Position numbers and translations under genes: made by a program. Positions 28,296 to 39,053 of a stretch of 64,000 bases of DNA are shown here, one piece after another; within the stretch, counting starts at the first letter, position 1; each line of letters begins with the position of its first letter. Source of the DNA: an uncultured Candidatus Binatia bacterium (lineage in GTDB: Bacteria; Desulfobacterota; Binatia; UBA9968; CAXXLF01); NCBI GenBank assembly GCA_965218425.1, contig OZ244621.1:960001-1024000 (forward strand), read 5' to 3'. Below the pieces are notes generated by a model that saw only the letters and a list, made by a program, of their open reading frames with translations, was not told the origin of the DNA and did no database searches.

Positions 28296-29266
28296 GCAGA
28301 AACCCGTTCCGAGCCGCCTGCCGCGTGGGCGGCGAGAACTCCTTCACTCGATTGCGGCTCAGGCAAAGCCAGATGCCGGTAGCAGCGAAGGGTGAGTACG
28401 ACACTCGTGGCCAACATGAGGGCTCCCACAAACATATGGGAGGTGGTCAATGCCACCACTGCACCTGGGGTCAAAACGAGGCCGAGAGGCGCAAACTTAC
28501 CCACGAAGGATCCTAAACCCAACACAAGTTGCAGGATCAAAAGGACTCCCAGCAAGAGTGCTGGGACGGCAAATTTTTGTCGACAAGGATCAAACCTCTG
28601 GAGCCGAAAGGTCACGAGAAGTACATGAACGGCCACGAGAAATGCCAACAACATATGAAATGCCAAATACAAACCGGTAAATCTGAGCACTACACCCAAT
28701 AATCCTTGGAGAAAAATGAAACCCGTCGTCGACAGGCAAAGCCGACGAATACGGCCAGCTTCAGCAATTTGAACTCTCTTGGGACCTTCCTCCCATTCTC
28801 GAGAGGTGAACAGCGCCAAACTTACAACGAGCGCAAAGAAGAGTTGCGCCAAGGAGCCATGGACGATTGCGAGCGCCTGTTCCAACAGGATTACTCGCAG
28901 TCCCCCTAGAACCCCCTGCAGGATCACAAGGACGAGCGCCATGGTGCCAAGCCAGCAGACCCATTTCCGTGATTCTCGAAACCATAGCAGCACTGCGAGC
29001 ATCAAGGTCAGGAAACCCACCCCCGAGGCCACCAGCCGATGACTGTGCTCATAGAAGACTCCCCCTACCATCTTAGACCAGGGGTAGAGGAACATGTTGT
29101 AACCATATGTCGTGGGCCAATCCGGCACGGCTAGTCCTACCCCTTTACTGGTCACGAGCCCCCCCGCCACGAGCAACGCACCGGTTACATATGCCGTTGC
29201 AAGCGCAAGCCCATGAGTTCCGCTCGAATGCCGTGATGCCGTTCCTTCTTGAATGGTTACGTTCAT
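28292..29266 (-). CDS. ctaA: Heme A synthase (COX15/CtaA family)
   Basis: GGLVTS..GLAVPDWP, EHSHR, QGVLGG, three further helical His residues, 8 TMs. Confidence 0.9.
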   Translation of the reverse strand: MNVTIQEGTASRHSSGTHGLALATAYVTGALLVAGGLVTSKGVGLAVPDWPTTYGYNMFLYPWSKMVGGVFYEHSHRLVASGVGFLTLMLAVLLWFRESRKWVCWLGTMALVLVILQGVLGGLRVILLEQALAIVHGSLAQLFFALVVSLALFTSREWEEGPKRVQIAEAGRIRRLCLSTTGFIFLQGLLGVVLRFTGLYLAFHMLLAFLVAVHVLLVTFRLQRFDPCRQKFAVPALLLGVLLILQLVLGLGSFVGKFAPLGLVLTPGAVVALTTSHMFVGALMLATSVVLTLRCYRHLALPEPQSSEGVLAAHAAGGSERVSA

Positions 29267-29337
29267 GGGCCGTCAAAGCGTGGTTCCTCGCCAGCGATGA
29301 GCCACCGGTTATTTAAACGAGGCTCCTCCACAGTTCC

Positions 29338-31086
29338 CTAATGACTTCGGGCGGTTGATCCCGCAGCAAGCCTGCGATCTTGGGGTAAATAGTCCTCCCT
29401 GACTTCAGGTGAGCTATACTCGTAGGGTCCTCGATACACCTGCGGTATCGCACCAAAGTTGCCATGGGGCGGTGGGGAAGGCGCACTCCACTCCAGGGTA
29501 TTGGCCTGCCAGGGGTTTTTCTCCACCTGCTTCCCGGCAAACAGGGTCCAGAAGAAATTGACCACAAAGGGAATCTGAACGAGCACTAACAGGAACGCAC
29601 AGACCGAAATAAATACATTCCACGACTGAAAGGTGGAAAGAAACTCGTACTGCATGGGGTTATAGATCCGCCTCATGTGCCCACCCACCCCTAGAAAGTG
29701 CATGGGGAAAAAGACCGCATTGAAGAAAATATAGGTCAAAATGAAATGGATCTTGCCCCAGGTCTCGTTCATCATGCGGCCAAACATCTTCGGGAACCAA
29801 AAATAAATCGCGGCAAACATCGCGAAAATGATTCCCGCCACGACGTAATGAAAATGGGCGACGATGTAGTATGTGTCATGGATAAAGATGTCCACCGGAG
29901 TAGAGGCCATAAAAATGCCACTCAGCCCGCCGATCACAAAGGCGGACAGGAATCCCATGGCGAAAAGCATGGGCGTGGTAAAACGAATGGACCCGCCCCA
30001 TAGGGTCCCCAACCAGTTAAAGGTCTTAATGGCCGAGGGAACCGCAATGACCATGGTGGTCATCATAAACGCGGTCCCCAGCACCGGATTCATTCCGCTG
30101 AGAAACATGTGGTGTCCCCAGACCACCCAGGAGAGAAAGGCAATGGCGATCATGGAGAAGGCCATGGCCCGGTAGCCAAAAATGGGCTTGCGGGAGAACA
30201 CGGCGAGAATATCCGAGGTCACACCCATGGCCGGCAGCACTAGAATGTAGACCTCCGGATGGCCGAAGAACCAGAAAAGGTGTTGCCAGAGTAGAGGGTC
30301 TCCTCCACCTTCCGGTAAGAAGAAACTGGTCCCGATGGTCCTGTCAAAGAGAAGCATAGCCAACGCAGCAGTTAGGATGGGAAGGGCCAACAGACCCAGG
30401 ATGGCCGTAATAAAAAGGGACCAGATGACAAGCGGCATGCGAAAGTAACTCATGCCAGGGGCCCGTAGGTTCACCACCGTCGTAATGTAGTTGATGGAGC
30501 CCATGAGAGAGGAGAGGGTAAAAAGGATGAGGCTGATGAGCCACAGGTTTTGCCCCCAATTTACTCCTGTATAGACCGCCTTGGCTGAAAGCGTCGCATA
30601 GGCCGTCCAACCCGTCGCGGCAGCCCCACCGGGGACAAAAAAGCTCACCACCATGACCACCCCTCCGGCAAGACCAAACCAGAAGGAAAGCATGTTGAGC
30701 ACGGGGAAAGCCATGTCCCGCGTACCAATCATGAGGGGGATCAAAAAATTCCCAAAACAACCCACCATAATCGGCATCACCACAAAGAAAATCATAATTG
30801 TGGCATGCATGGTGAAAAGCATGTTGTAGGTTTGGGGTGGGATGATGCCTTCGTACATGGTCGGCTCCGGAACCCAACCCATGCCAGGCACCGAGGTCTC
30901 CGGCCAAGCCAGCTGCCAACGCATCAGCATGGCCAGGAAACCGCCGATGACCAACATAGTTAACCCCAGAAAAAGAAACTGGCGGCCGATCATTTTGTGG
31001 TCGGTGGAAAACAGGTAGGTTCGTAGGAACCCTAGCTCTTCATGATGACCACCATGCGCAACTAGGGCCGCTCCGGAATCACTCAT
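29338..31086 (-). CDS. ctaD: Cytochrome c oxidase subunit I, type A1
   Basis: TDHK (D-channel), FTMHATIM, WFFGHPEVY (A1), VWGHHM, PSAIK (K-channel), VAHFHYV. Confidence 0.97.
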   Translation of the reverse strand: MSDSGAALVAHGGHHEELGFLRTYLFSTDHKMIGRQFLFLGLTMLVIGGFLAMLMRWQLAWPETSVPGMGWVPEPTMYEGIIPPQTYNMLFTMHATIMIFFVVMPIMVGCFGNFLIPLMIGTRDMAFPVLNMLSFWFGLAGGVVMVVSFFVPGGAAATGWTAYATLSAKAVYTGVNWGQNLWLISLILFTLSSLMGSINYITTVVNLRAPGMSYFRMPLVIWSLFITAILGLLALPILTAALAMLLFDRTIGTSFFLPEGGGDPLLWQHLFWFFGHPEVYILVLPAMGVTSDILAVFSRKPIFGYRAMAFSMIAIAFLSWVVWGHHMFLSGMNPVLGTAFMMTTMVIAVPSAIKTFNWLGTLWGGSIRFTTPMLFAMGFLSAFVIGGLSGIFMASTPVDIFIHDTYYIVAHFHYVVAGIIFAMFAAIYFWFPKMFGRMMNETWGKIHFILTYIFFNAVFFPMHFLGVGGHMRRIYNPMQYEFLSTFQSWNVFISVCAFLLVLVQIPFVVNFFWTLFAGKQVEKNPWQANTLEWSAPSPPPHGNFGAIPQVYRGPYEYSSPEVREDYLPQDRRLAAGSTARSH

Positions 31087-31147
31087 CCTTCGTTTCCTCC
31101 GTCCTTCAGATAAAATATAGATTCAAGCTAGACCGATCGAGCAAACC

Positions 31148-31801
31148 TTATCCCCTGGACTCCTTCTCCCATTTCTCATAATCCTCAGGGGTGTCGACGT
31201 AGAGCCATCCGAGCATACCGGAATGTCCGAAACCGCACAGCTCTGCGCAGGGGAGCTCGTATTTGCCTGTTTTGATGGCCTCGAACCAAACGAGGGATTC
31301 CCGCCCAGGCACTGCGTCCTGTTTGATCCGCAGGTTTGGTAGAAAAAAACTGTGAATTACGTCAGTCGCTGTTAGGCGAACCCGGATCACCTTGTTGACC
31401 GGAACGTGCATCTCATTGTCGACTTTAAAATCGTCCTTGGTGCCAAATTTTCCATCGGGGCCGGGATAGGTGATCTCCCAGTTGAACTGTTTACCCGCAA
31501 CTTTGACCTCAAAATCACTAGGTGGAGCTTTGATTTTTATATTCGCCCAGGTGGCTGCGCTCACAAATGACAGCGCAAAGAGTATGATGGTGGGAACCAC
31601 GGTCCAGGTGATTTCAAGGGCGGTATTGCCATGGGAGTATACGGCCCGCCGTCCTTCCTTGTGGCGGTACGCGATAAGGAAGACAACCATAAGGACTGTC
31701 ACCAAGATAAAGGCGCCACCCGTGAGGTAGTAAATAAAGTAAAATAGCCCGTCGATATCATCACCAAAAGTGGACACATTCTCCGGAAGCCATCTCATCA
31801 T
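31148..31801 (-). CDS. ctaC: Cytochrome c oxidase subunit II (CuA)
   Basis: LEITWT, KQFNW, DVIHSF, CAELCGFGHSGM CuA ligands. No fused cytochrome c. Confidence 0.95.
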   Translation of the reverse strand: MMRWLPENVSTFGDDIDGLFYFIYYLTGGAFILVTVLMVVFLIAYRHKEGRRAVYSHGNTALEITWTVVPTIILFALSFVSAATWANIKIKAPPSDFEVKVAGKQFNWEITYPGPDGKFGTKDDFKVDNEMHVPVNKVIRVRLTATDVIHSFFLPNLRIKQDAVPGRESLVWFEAIKTGKYELPCAELCGFGHSGMLGWLYVDTPEDYEKWEKESRG

Positions 31802-31976
31802 TGGAGGAATTTACCTCTTCTCTCGTAAGATAATCTGCACTCGCGTCGATGTTCTCCTGTCCGGGACAGGCCTCACCCTGTTCCTCGGACCATTTTTCGG
31901 TCGAGAAATGCAATGGATAATTACGGCTAGCATAAATTTCGCCCACTTATCAAGGGAAGAAAGGGATTTACGTCTC

Positions 31977-32372
31977 TCAACCAGACCTAGAGCGGCAGGG
32001 TGGGACGGGCAGGAAGAGCTTCTTTGCCTTTGGGTCGTAGAAGGCAACCACCTGACCTGGATAGAACTCCAGCCGGGCCTCCTTGAGGGCGAGGCCATGG
32101 GGAAAAAGCCCGAGTTTGCCATAGGCGAGAGAAATATGCTTGAGCTTATCCTCTCCACAATCCCCAACAAGGCCGGCCTCCCAATAGTCCTTGATGGCGG
32201 CCTTGCTTTTCACTTCGACGGGAATCTCAGAGGTAAAATCCAAGCCGCGCATCTCCGCGAGACCTCTCTTCACTTCCAGCACCTTGTCCTGCTTTACCTC
32301 ACCGCTCACCACGCGATAACGGCTACAGCCTGTCTGAAACAGGGGCAGTAAGATCAGAAAGAGAACGCGCAA
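31977..32372 (-). pseudogene. Truncated lipoprotein gene (N-terminal part only)
   Basis: Lipobox-like FQTGC, then RGLDF...GQVVAFYDPKAKKLF, after which the protein-like sequence stops abruptly. Similar proteins are recalled as much longer. Confidence 0.5.
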
Positions 32373-32378
32373 CTTTTC

Positions 32379-34325
32379 TCAATCCTCCTCGTATTGCTCT
32401 TTCAGCTTGGCCACAACCGCCGGATCGGCAAGGGTCGTGGTGTCCCCAAGGGCGTGACCATCGGCGATATCACGCAAAAGCCGTCGCATGATCTTGCCGC
32501 TACGTGTCTTGGGGAGCTCGGCGGCAAAGAGGATTTCATCGGGCCGGGCGATTGGACCAATCTTTTTCCCCACATGGTTTCTTAGCTCATCCACCAGCTC
32601 GGGCCGATTCTCGATCCCGGCCTTCAGTGAGACAAAGGCGCAGATGGCCTGCCCCTTCACCTCATGCTGTTTTCCAATGACAGCGGCTTCGGCCACGTTT
32701 GAGTTGTCCACCAGGGCGCTTTCTACCTCCATGGTGCTGATCCTATGACCCGCCACGTTCATGACATCATCCACGCGGCCCAGGAGCCAGAAGTAACCAC
32801 CCTTGTCCCGCTTGGCTCCGTCACCCGCAAAGTACTTGCCAGGGAAGCGGCTCCAATACTGCTGAACATAGCGCTCGGGGTCTCCATAGATGGTTCGCAA
32901 CATGGCGGGCCACGGCTTCGTCAATACGAGATAACCACCGCCTCCTTTAGGCACTGATTTCCCCTGCTCATCCACAATGTCCGCTTCGATGCCAGGGAAA
33001 GGAAGAGTGGCGGAGGCAGGTTTCAACGTGGTCACTCCCGGCAATGGGGTAATCAAAGGATGCCCTGTTTCCGTCTGCCACCAGGTGTCCATGATCGGGC
33101 AGTGCCCTTGGCCAATGGTACGGTGATACCACATCCAGGCCTCGGGATTGATGGGCTCACCCACGGTTCCAAGCAATCTGAGACTGCTGAGGTCGTGCTT
33201 CTGAGGAAATTCGGCACCCCAACGCATAAATGTTCTGATGGCTGTAGGCGCTGTATGGAATATGGTGACCCCGTATTTCTCGACAATGCGCCAGAACCGG
33301 TCCTTGTCCGGCCAATCCGGAGAGCCCTCATACATCACCTGTGTGACTCCGTTCGCCATTGGGCCGTAAACGATATGGGTGTGACCCGTGACCCAGCCGA
33401 TATCCGCTGCGCACCAGAAGACATCGTCGTCTTTCATGTCGAAAATCCACTTGTTGGCCAGGGTAACCCCCACCAGATAGCCTCCTGTGGTATGGACAAT
33501 CCCTTTGGGCTTGCCGGTGGTCCCACTGGTGTAAAGGGTATAGAGCATATCCTCACTTTCCATGGCCTGCGGAGGACACCATGGATTGGCATCTTTCATC
33601 AATTCATGCCACCAGTGATCCCGACCGCTCTTCATGGTTGCTCCCGCCCGATCCCCCACGCGCTTCACAACCACGACATTTTCCACCGACGGACTGCCAT
33701 CCAGTGCTTCGTCCACACTTCGTTTCAAGGGAACAATGCCACCGCGACGGTAGCCGCCATCTGCTGTGATAACGAGCTTGGCCTGGGCATCATTGATTCG
33801 ATCTCTGAGGGAATCGGCGCTGAATCCGCCAAATACCACACTATGGATGGCGCCGATGCGATTGCAGGCGTGCATGGCCACCACCAGCTCAGGCACCATA
33901 CCCATATAGAGGGCTACCCGGTCACCCCGCTTAACCCCTAACTTTTTGAGGACATTGGCAAACTGGTTGACCTGACGCCAGACCTCCCTGTAGGTGAGTA
34001 CCCGCTCATCACCCGGCTCCCCTTCCCAGATGATGGCCGCTTTGTTCTTACGCCCTGAATTGACGTGCCGGTCGAGACAGTTATACGAAGCATTGATTCG
34101 ACCTCCCACAAACCATTTGGCCCATGGACAATCCCACTCCAGCACCTTCTTCCAGGGTTTAATCCAATCCAGCTCTTTAGCGGCAGTGGCCCAGAATTTT
34201 TGCGGGTTCTTACTCGCTTGCTCAAAAACCTTCTTGCCGGTCACATGGGCTGATTTTTTGAACGGCTTGGGTGGAGGAAAGCTCCTCCCCTCTTCCAACA
34301 GGACCTCAATCGCTTTGTCCGCCAC
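32379..34325 (-). CDS. acs: Acetyl-CoA synthetase
   Basis: [53 protein letters not shown] start with an AGGAG RBS. Confidence 0.97.
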   Translation of the reverse strand: MADKAIEVLLEEGRSFPPPKPFKKSAHVTGKKVFEQASKNPQKFWATAAKELDWIKPWKKVLEWDCPWAKWFVGGRINASYNCLDRHVNSGRKNKAAIIWEGEPGDERVLTYREVWRQVNQFANVLKKLGVKRGDRVALYMGMVPELVVAMHACNRIGAIHSVVFGGFSADSLRDRINDAQAKLVITADGGYRRGGIVPLKRSVDEALDGSPSVENVVVVKRVGDRAGATMKSGRDHWWHELMKDANPWCPPQAMESEDMLYTLYTSGTTGKPKGIVHTTGGYLVGVTLANKWIFDMKDDDVFWCAADIGWVTGHTHIVYGPMANGVTQVMYEGSPDWPDKDRFWRIVEKYGVTIFHTAPTAIRTFMRWGAEFPQKHDLSSLRLLGTVGEPINPEAWMWYHRTIGQGHCPIMDTWWQTETGHPLITPLPGVTTLKPASATLPFPGIEADIVDEQGKSVPKGGGGYLVLTKPWPAMLRTIYGDPERYVQQYWSRFPGKYFAGDGAKRDKGGYFWLLGRVDDVMNVAGHRISTMEVESALVDNSNVAEAAVIGKQHEVKGQAICAFVSLKAGIENRPELVDELRNHVGKKIGPIARPDEILFAAELPKTRSGKIMRRLLRDIADGHALGDTTTLADPAVVAKLKEQYEED

Positions 34326-34741
34326 GGTGTCTCTCCTTTCCAATGAGGGGGTCTTGTATCGAAACTATTGACAAGGAACTGAATCTTTAGCAAGCGAGAA
34401 TGGCATAGCAAGCCAAAAAAGTGCGGCCTCACTTGGTGGCCTCTCGTTATTCTTTACCACTGCTTCGACTTGCTACGGGGCCAATCCAAATCTTGGTTTT
34501 CAAGACACCCGTGAGGGAACTGGCCTGGGCGTTTTTCGGGTCTCGGAGGCATGGGGATGGTCAGGCCTTTGAATCATGAAGGGCATTTTGGCGAGTGGCT
34601 CGCCATCGGCAACTTCCGGGAACAACCCTCGCAAAAAAACAGAAACTCAATTACCTTGACAGAATCCATTCCCTAAGGTTAAGGCTAACCCTTAACCCGC
34701 ACCGTTTACCGAAAACCAAACAGCTCATGGAGTGAATTCGT

Positions 34742-35569
34742 TTGGATTGGATCCAAATCGTAGAGCTCGCCGCAGTGGGCCTCGTGGCAGGAACCTGGGG
34801 TTCCATGATCGGCGCCGGCGGAGGCTTCATTATCGTCCCCATCCTCTTGCTGATGGACAACGCCATCAGTCCTGCGGTGGTTACAGCCGTGTCTCTGGTG
34901 GCCGTACTGGTGAACAGCCTGTCCGGCACTCTCTTCTATGCGAAGGCGAAACGTATCGACTACATGTCGGGAGTTCTGTTCCTGGTTGCCACCCTGCCAG
35001 GAAGCGTTATGGGAGCCTTGCTGGTCAACCAAATCGAAAGGGGCCCGTTTCAAGTGGTTTTAGGTTCCCTCCTGACTACACTCTCTATCTACTTAATCGT
35101 CAAGCCATCCAAACTCCTGGTGGAGGGAAAACCTCGGCGCGCCGGTGTCCCGAGGAACATCACCGACACTAGCGGAAGGGCCTTCGAATACAACGTTCAT
35201 CGCCTGGCAGGAACTGTAATGACCTTCATAGTCGGTTTTCTCGCCAGCCTCCTGGGGGTGGGCGGTGGGATCTTTAATGTACCGGGTTTTGTTTTGCTCC
35301 TGGGCATTCCCATCGAGATCGCCACGGCAACTTCTCACTTTATGGTCATGGGCACCGCCGCCATCGCCAACGCGACCAATATTATCCAAGGGGACCTCCT
35401 GGGACAATGGCCCCTGGCTCTGGCCCTTTCCGCAGGGACGCTCCTGGGTGGACAACTGGGCCCCCGCATCTCGCTCCGGTTCGGATCCCGCTGGCTCACC
35501 GTCGCCCTGTCCAGCGGCCTCTTCGTGGTGGGTTTGCGTTTGCTATGGGGAGGCTGGAAAACTCTCTGA
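34742..35569 (+). CDS. Sulfite exporter TauE/SafE family membrane protein
   Basis: Duplicated GAGGGFIIVP / GVGGGIFNVP motifs, ATATSH, about 8 TMs. Confidence 0.9.
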   Translation: MDWIQIVELAAVGLVAGTWGSMIGAGGGFIIVPILLLMDNAISPAVVTAVSLVAVLVNSLSGTLFYAKAKRIDYMSGVLFLVATLPGSVMGALLVNQIERGPFQVVLGSLLTTLSIYLIVKPSKLLVEGKPRRAGVPRNITDTSGRAFEYNVHRLAGTVMTFIVGFLASLLGVGGGIFNVPGFVLLLGIPIEIATATSHFMVMGTAAIANATNIIQGDLLGQWPLALALSAGTLLGGQLGPRISLRFGSRWLTVALSSGLFVVGLRLLWGGWKTL

Positions 35570-35817
35570 ATAACACTCGATGGGTCCCCCGCCCTACAGT
35601 TGAGATCCTTTTTCTCAGACTCGGTAAACCGCGGGATTGTGATATTGGCGATGAGAAGGAGCTGCAAAACACGTGAGCAGTCTTTGAAGAATTAAGATTG
35701 TCTAGAATCAAAAACCTTGCCCCATAGTCGAGATTGACAAAGTATTAAACTTCCCTTTTTTGGTCGCGAATAACAAACAGCCTAGCAACTCACAGTAGAA
35801 AAACACACTCCATAAAT

Positions 35818-36299
35818 ATGGAACCATCGCTAGGCAAAGCCGAGGCACCGCAACCGGAGAACAGTGCTCAGAATCAGGAGCGCCCGGTCAGCACCTACAA
35901 CGAGTGGGACCCGCTAAAAGAGGTTACCGTCGGTCGCCTCGAATACGCAACCATCCCCAACAACCGCGTCCTGTTCACGCGGAGTCTACCCGCCACGGCG
36001 GCGAAGTTGTACCGACCCATTGCCGGCAGGCTCTATCCCAAATTGATCCTGGAGCCGCACAAAAGGAGCTCGATGAATTCATCCACATCCTGGCAGCGGA
36101 AGGGATCACCGTTCGCCGCCCCGACGTGCTGGACTTCTCAAAGTCTTTCAAGAGCCCCCACTGGAGGGCAAGGGGTTTTTGTACTGCCCGCCCGCGAGAC
36201 GGGCTGCTTGTGATCGGGGATACGATCCTCGAGACGCCCATAGCCTTGGCTGCGACGGATCGCATGACGAAGGACTGTAGACTCCCTCCGGAGTTATGA
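35818..36299 (+). pseudogene. Amidinotransferase (glycine/inosamine type) gene fragment, frameshifted and truncated
   Basis: VSTYNEWDPLKEVTVGR in one frame continues, after a shift near 36052, as AQKELDEFIHILAAEGITVRRP...PRDGLLVIGDTILETP. The catalytic C-terminal part is absent. Confidence 0.8.
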
Positions 36300-36349
36300 G
36301 AGACGCTGGATTAGACTATCGAAGCCTGCTCGCGGCAGCCGGTATTGAA

Positions 36350-36591
36350 CTACCAACTTGACCCTCGTTCCACGAAGACCAGAACCATACCCACCATGAT
36401 GGTGAAGATTCCTACCGACTGAACGGCGGTCAGCCTCTCCTTCAAGATGAAGACGGACAACACCGTTTGAACTGTCTCCAGGACGCGCCAGAGCTCAACA
36501 TTGACATCTCTAGTTTAAGGGCTCCGTGACGAAGCATCAGCTGCGCCACCACGACCAGCAGCGTTTCAATAACAATCAGAGCGACAAGCAT
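36350..36591 (-). pseudogene. EamA/ArnE-F-like small transporter remnant with an internal deletion
   Basis: N-terminus MLVALIVIETLLVVVAQLMLRHGA and, in another frame, C-terminus VLSVFILKERLTAVQSVGIFTIMVGMVLV. The middle helices are missing. Confidence 0.65.
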
Positions 36592-36592
36592 T

Positions 36593-37081
36593 TCACCGCT
36601 TTTTCTCCAGCAGCACCATGGCCATTGCCGCCATGCCTTGGCCCTTGCCGATCCATCCCAATCCCTCCGTGGTTCCCGCCTTGATGTTCACTGCCGCCAC
36701 GGAAACCTTCAAGAGCATGGCAAGACGCTTTCGGATCTCGGCATAGAACGGCGCCAGGCGCGGCTTTTGAGCCAACACGGTAACATCGCCATTGACGATG
36801 TGAAATCCCCCCCGATTCATGATCCCGAGGACCCTCTTCATCAACACTTCGCTGGAGATTCCCTTCAATTTCACGTCCGTATCTGGAAAGTGAGTCCCGA
36901 TGTCGCCTTTTCCCAGGGCACCCAGGATGGCGTTCATCAGGGCGTGCAGAACCACATCCGCATCCGAATGACCCACCAGGCCATAACGGTACGGGATGTG
37001 CACCCCTCCCAGGACAAGTTTGCGCCCTTTACCGAACCGATGGACGTCAACGCCTTGCCCAATACGAAAATGGTTCCTCAA
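36593..37081 (-). CDS. ispF: 2-C-methyl-D-erythritol 2,4-cyclodiphosphate synthase
   Basis: RIGQGVDVH, LVLGGV, GHSDADVVLHA, GDIGTHFPDTD, TTEGLG. Confidence 0.96.
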   Translation of the reverse strand: MRNHFRIGQGVDVHRFGKGRKLVLGGVHIPYRYGLVGHSDADVVLHALMNAILGALGKGDIGTHFPDTDVKLKGISSEVLMKRVLGIMNRGGFHIVNGDVTVLAQKPRLAPFYAEIRKRLAMLLKVSVAAVNIKAGTTEGLGWIGKGQGMAAMAMVLLEKKR

Positions 37082-38316
37082 AAACCCAATTCTCCCTTGC
37101 CGTCACCCTGATGATCGAGAAGTATCACGGGCACACTGCGACCTTTTGCGATGCGGGTCTCCTGTTCATGAGCTACAATCAATCCTTGAGCCAACGATAG
37201 GGAACTCAACACACCTGAACTCTGGGAACCGGTGGTGGAAGCAAAACTTTGACTTTTTTCATAACGAAGCCGGCACCGGATGAACTCTTTGACCCCACGG
37301 CTTTTTCTTATCTCATGCTCCAGGGTTGACCGGACCACCGGCAAGAAAAGGTTTTTGTGGCCCATCATCTTACGAAGCACGGGGCGGGCGTAAAGGAGGA
37401 ACGAAACAAAGGAGGACACGGAATTGCCCGGCAAACCAAAGACCGGTTTTCGGCCCATGCGGCCGAAGGCCATGGGATGACCCGGTTTTTGCGCCACCCG
37501 CCAGAACTGCATCTGAACCCCCACATCTCCCAAAGCTTCCTTAACGAAATCGTAATCCCCCACGGAAACCCCACCCGAAGTCATGACTACATCGTATCGC
37601 AGCGCTTTTCTAAAACAGGCTGCGAGGTTCTTTCTCTTGTCCCGGACGATGCCCAGGGATACAGGATGCGCACCAGTATCCTGAACCGCCGCGAACAGTG
37701 TATAGGTATTACTGTTGACAATCTTACCAGGCCGAGGCGGTTCATCCACTTCCAACAATTCGTCCCCGGTGGAGATCAAGGCAACCGATGGCCTGCGATA
37801 GACCCGGACCTTACTCTTTCCCACGGAAGCCATGAGCCCCATATCCGCAGGACCAAGCCACTTACCCTTTTGTAATATAGTGCGCCCTTTTTGGATGTCC
37901 TCCCCGGCCCCTCGAACATGACTCCCGGGTCCGTCCTGCGTGGAGATGCGTACCTTACCTCCCAAAGACTCGGTGTGCTCCACGCGGATTATCGTATCAG
38001 CGCCACGCGGGATGACCGCCCCTGTCATGATCTTTATGGCGGCCCCCTTTTCAACAGAGCGCTTGGCCACATAACCCGCTCGGACCTCGTCCAAAATCCG
38101 TAGCACCACCGGACTGGCCGGTGTTGCCCCCTTGACGTCCTGCCACCGGACTGCAAAACCGTCCATGGCCGAATTGGAAAATGGGGGCACCCGGCGCTGG
38201 GCGCGAATATTTTCAAAAAGGACCCTGCGGTTGGCCTCGATCAGGGGTATCTCTTCACCCGTTAGTGGAAAGACCCTCTTCAAGATGAGTGCGACGGCTT
38301 CATTAACGGATATCAC
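37078..38316 (-). CDS. moeA: Molybdopterin molybdotransferase
   Basis: PPFSNSAMDGFA, IMTGA, STGDEL, TSGGVSVGDYD, GLPGN. Confidence 0.95.
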   Translation of the reverse strand: MISVNEAVALILKRVFPLTGEEIPLIEANRRVLFENIRAQRRVPPFSNSAMDGFAVRWQDVKGATPASPVVLRILDEVRAGYVAKRSVEKGAAIKIMTGAVIPRGADTIIRVEHTESLGGKVRISTQDGPGSHVRGAGEDIQKGRTILQKGKWLGPADMGLMASVGKSKVRVYRRPSVALISTGDELLEVDEPPRPGKIVNSNTYTLFAAVQDTGAHPVSLGIVRDKRKNLAACFRKALRYDVVMTSGGVSVGDYDFVKEALGDVGVQMQFWRVAQKPGHPMAFGRMGRKPVFGLPGNSVSSFVSFLLYARPVLRKMMGHKNLFLPVVRSTLEHEIRKSRGVKEFIRCRLRYEKSQSFASTTGSQSSGVLSSLSLAQGLIVAHEQETRIAKGRSVPVILLDHQGDGKGELGF

Positions 38317-38530
38317 AAGGTGACCATCCCTCCATCACAGCAAACATTCAACCCCGATTCAAAATAATCAATGTCACCAAAAGAAAAAAGAACTTTCAAG
38401 GTAAATAAACTCGTAGCCGATATCTTGGATCGGCGTCAAGTTTTAACCCAAATCCCACCCGGCTTGCGTGGGTAACCTCGTGGCTGATATAAGGCAAAAG
38501 TCAAAGATAATGGTTCATAAGGAGGATTGC

Positions 38531-39022
38531 ATGGCTCAGCAACTCAATGTGGGACATAGCTTTCCAGACTACACGGTCTGGACGGTGGACGGAAAAACGC
38601 TCAACATTCCAAAGGACCTAACCGGCGAATTTTCAGTCCTGCTTTTTTACCGTGGTGGTTGGTGACCCTACTGTCGCCGGCAGTTAGCCGATTACCAGGC
38701 ACACCTTGAAGATTTCCGAAAGGAAAACGTTGACGTCATTGCCTTCTCTGTGGATCCGTTGGACAAAGCCAAGGAAACGGTAGACCAGCACAATCTCACT
38801 TTCCCGGTTGCCCATGGACTCCAGGTCCCTCGGGAGGCCGACAAGATCGGAGCCTACTGGGAAGAGCGGCGAAAGATTTTTCATGCCACAAACTTTATTT
38901 TAGACTCCGACAGGAAAGTGGCGGACGCCTGTTACAGCGTCGGGCCCATCGGCCGCATCACTGCCGAAGATGCACTAGGCCATATTCAGTTCTTCAAGAG
39001 AAGAAAGGCGCAACAAAGCTAA
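38531..39022 (+). CDS. Selenocysteine-containing peroxiredoxin-like (AhpC/TSA) protein, 163 aa, Sec at codon 45
   Basis: ORFs 38468-38665 and 38750-39022 are in the same frame, separated only by TGA 38663-38665 in FYRGGW-U-PYCRRQL (UxxC at the usual CxxC). AGGAGG RBS before ATG 38531. Confidence 0.88.
38666..38696 (+). promoter_or_regulatory. Putative bacterial SECIS element
   Basis: CGGC-AGTTA-GCCG hairpin (38678-38690) with a GU-containing apical loop; the loop G lies 17 nt after the UGA. Confidence 0.55.
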
Positions 39023-39053
39023 GGCAAAACCACGAGACAAACCCGAAACGATA

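Noticed and set aside
33060..33941. Long antisense or alternate-frame ORFs (also 18905-19576, 45442-46101, 49762-50388, 59731-60648 and many shorter ones)
   Set aside because: They are shadows of well-supported genes on the opposite strand and carry no motifs of their own.
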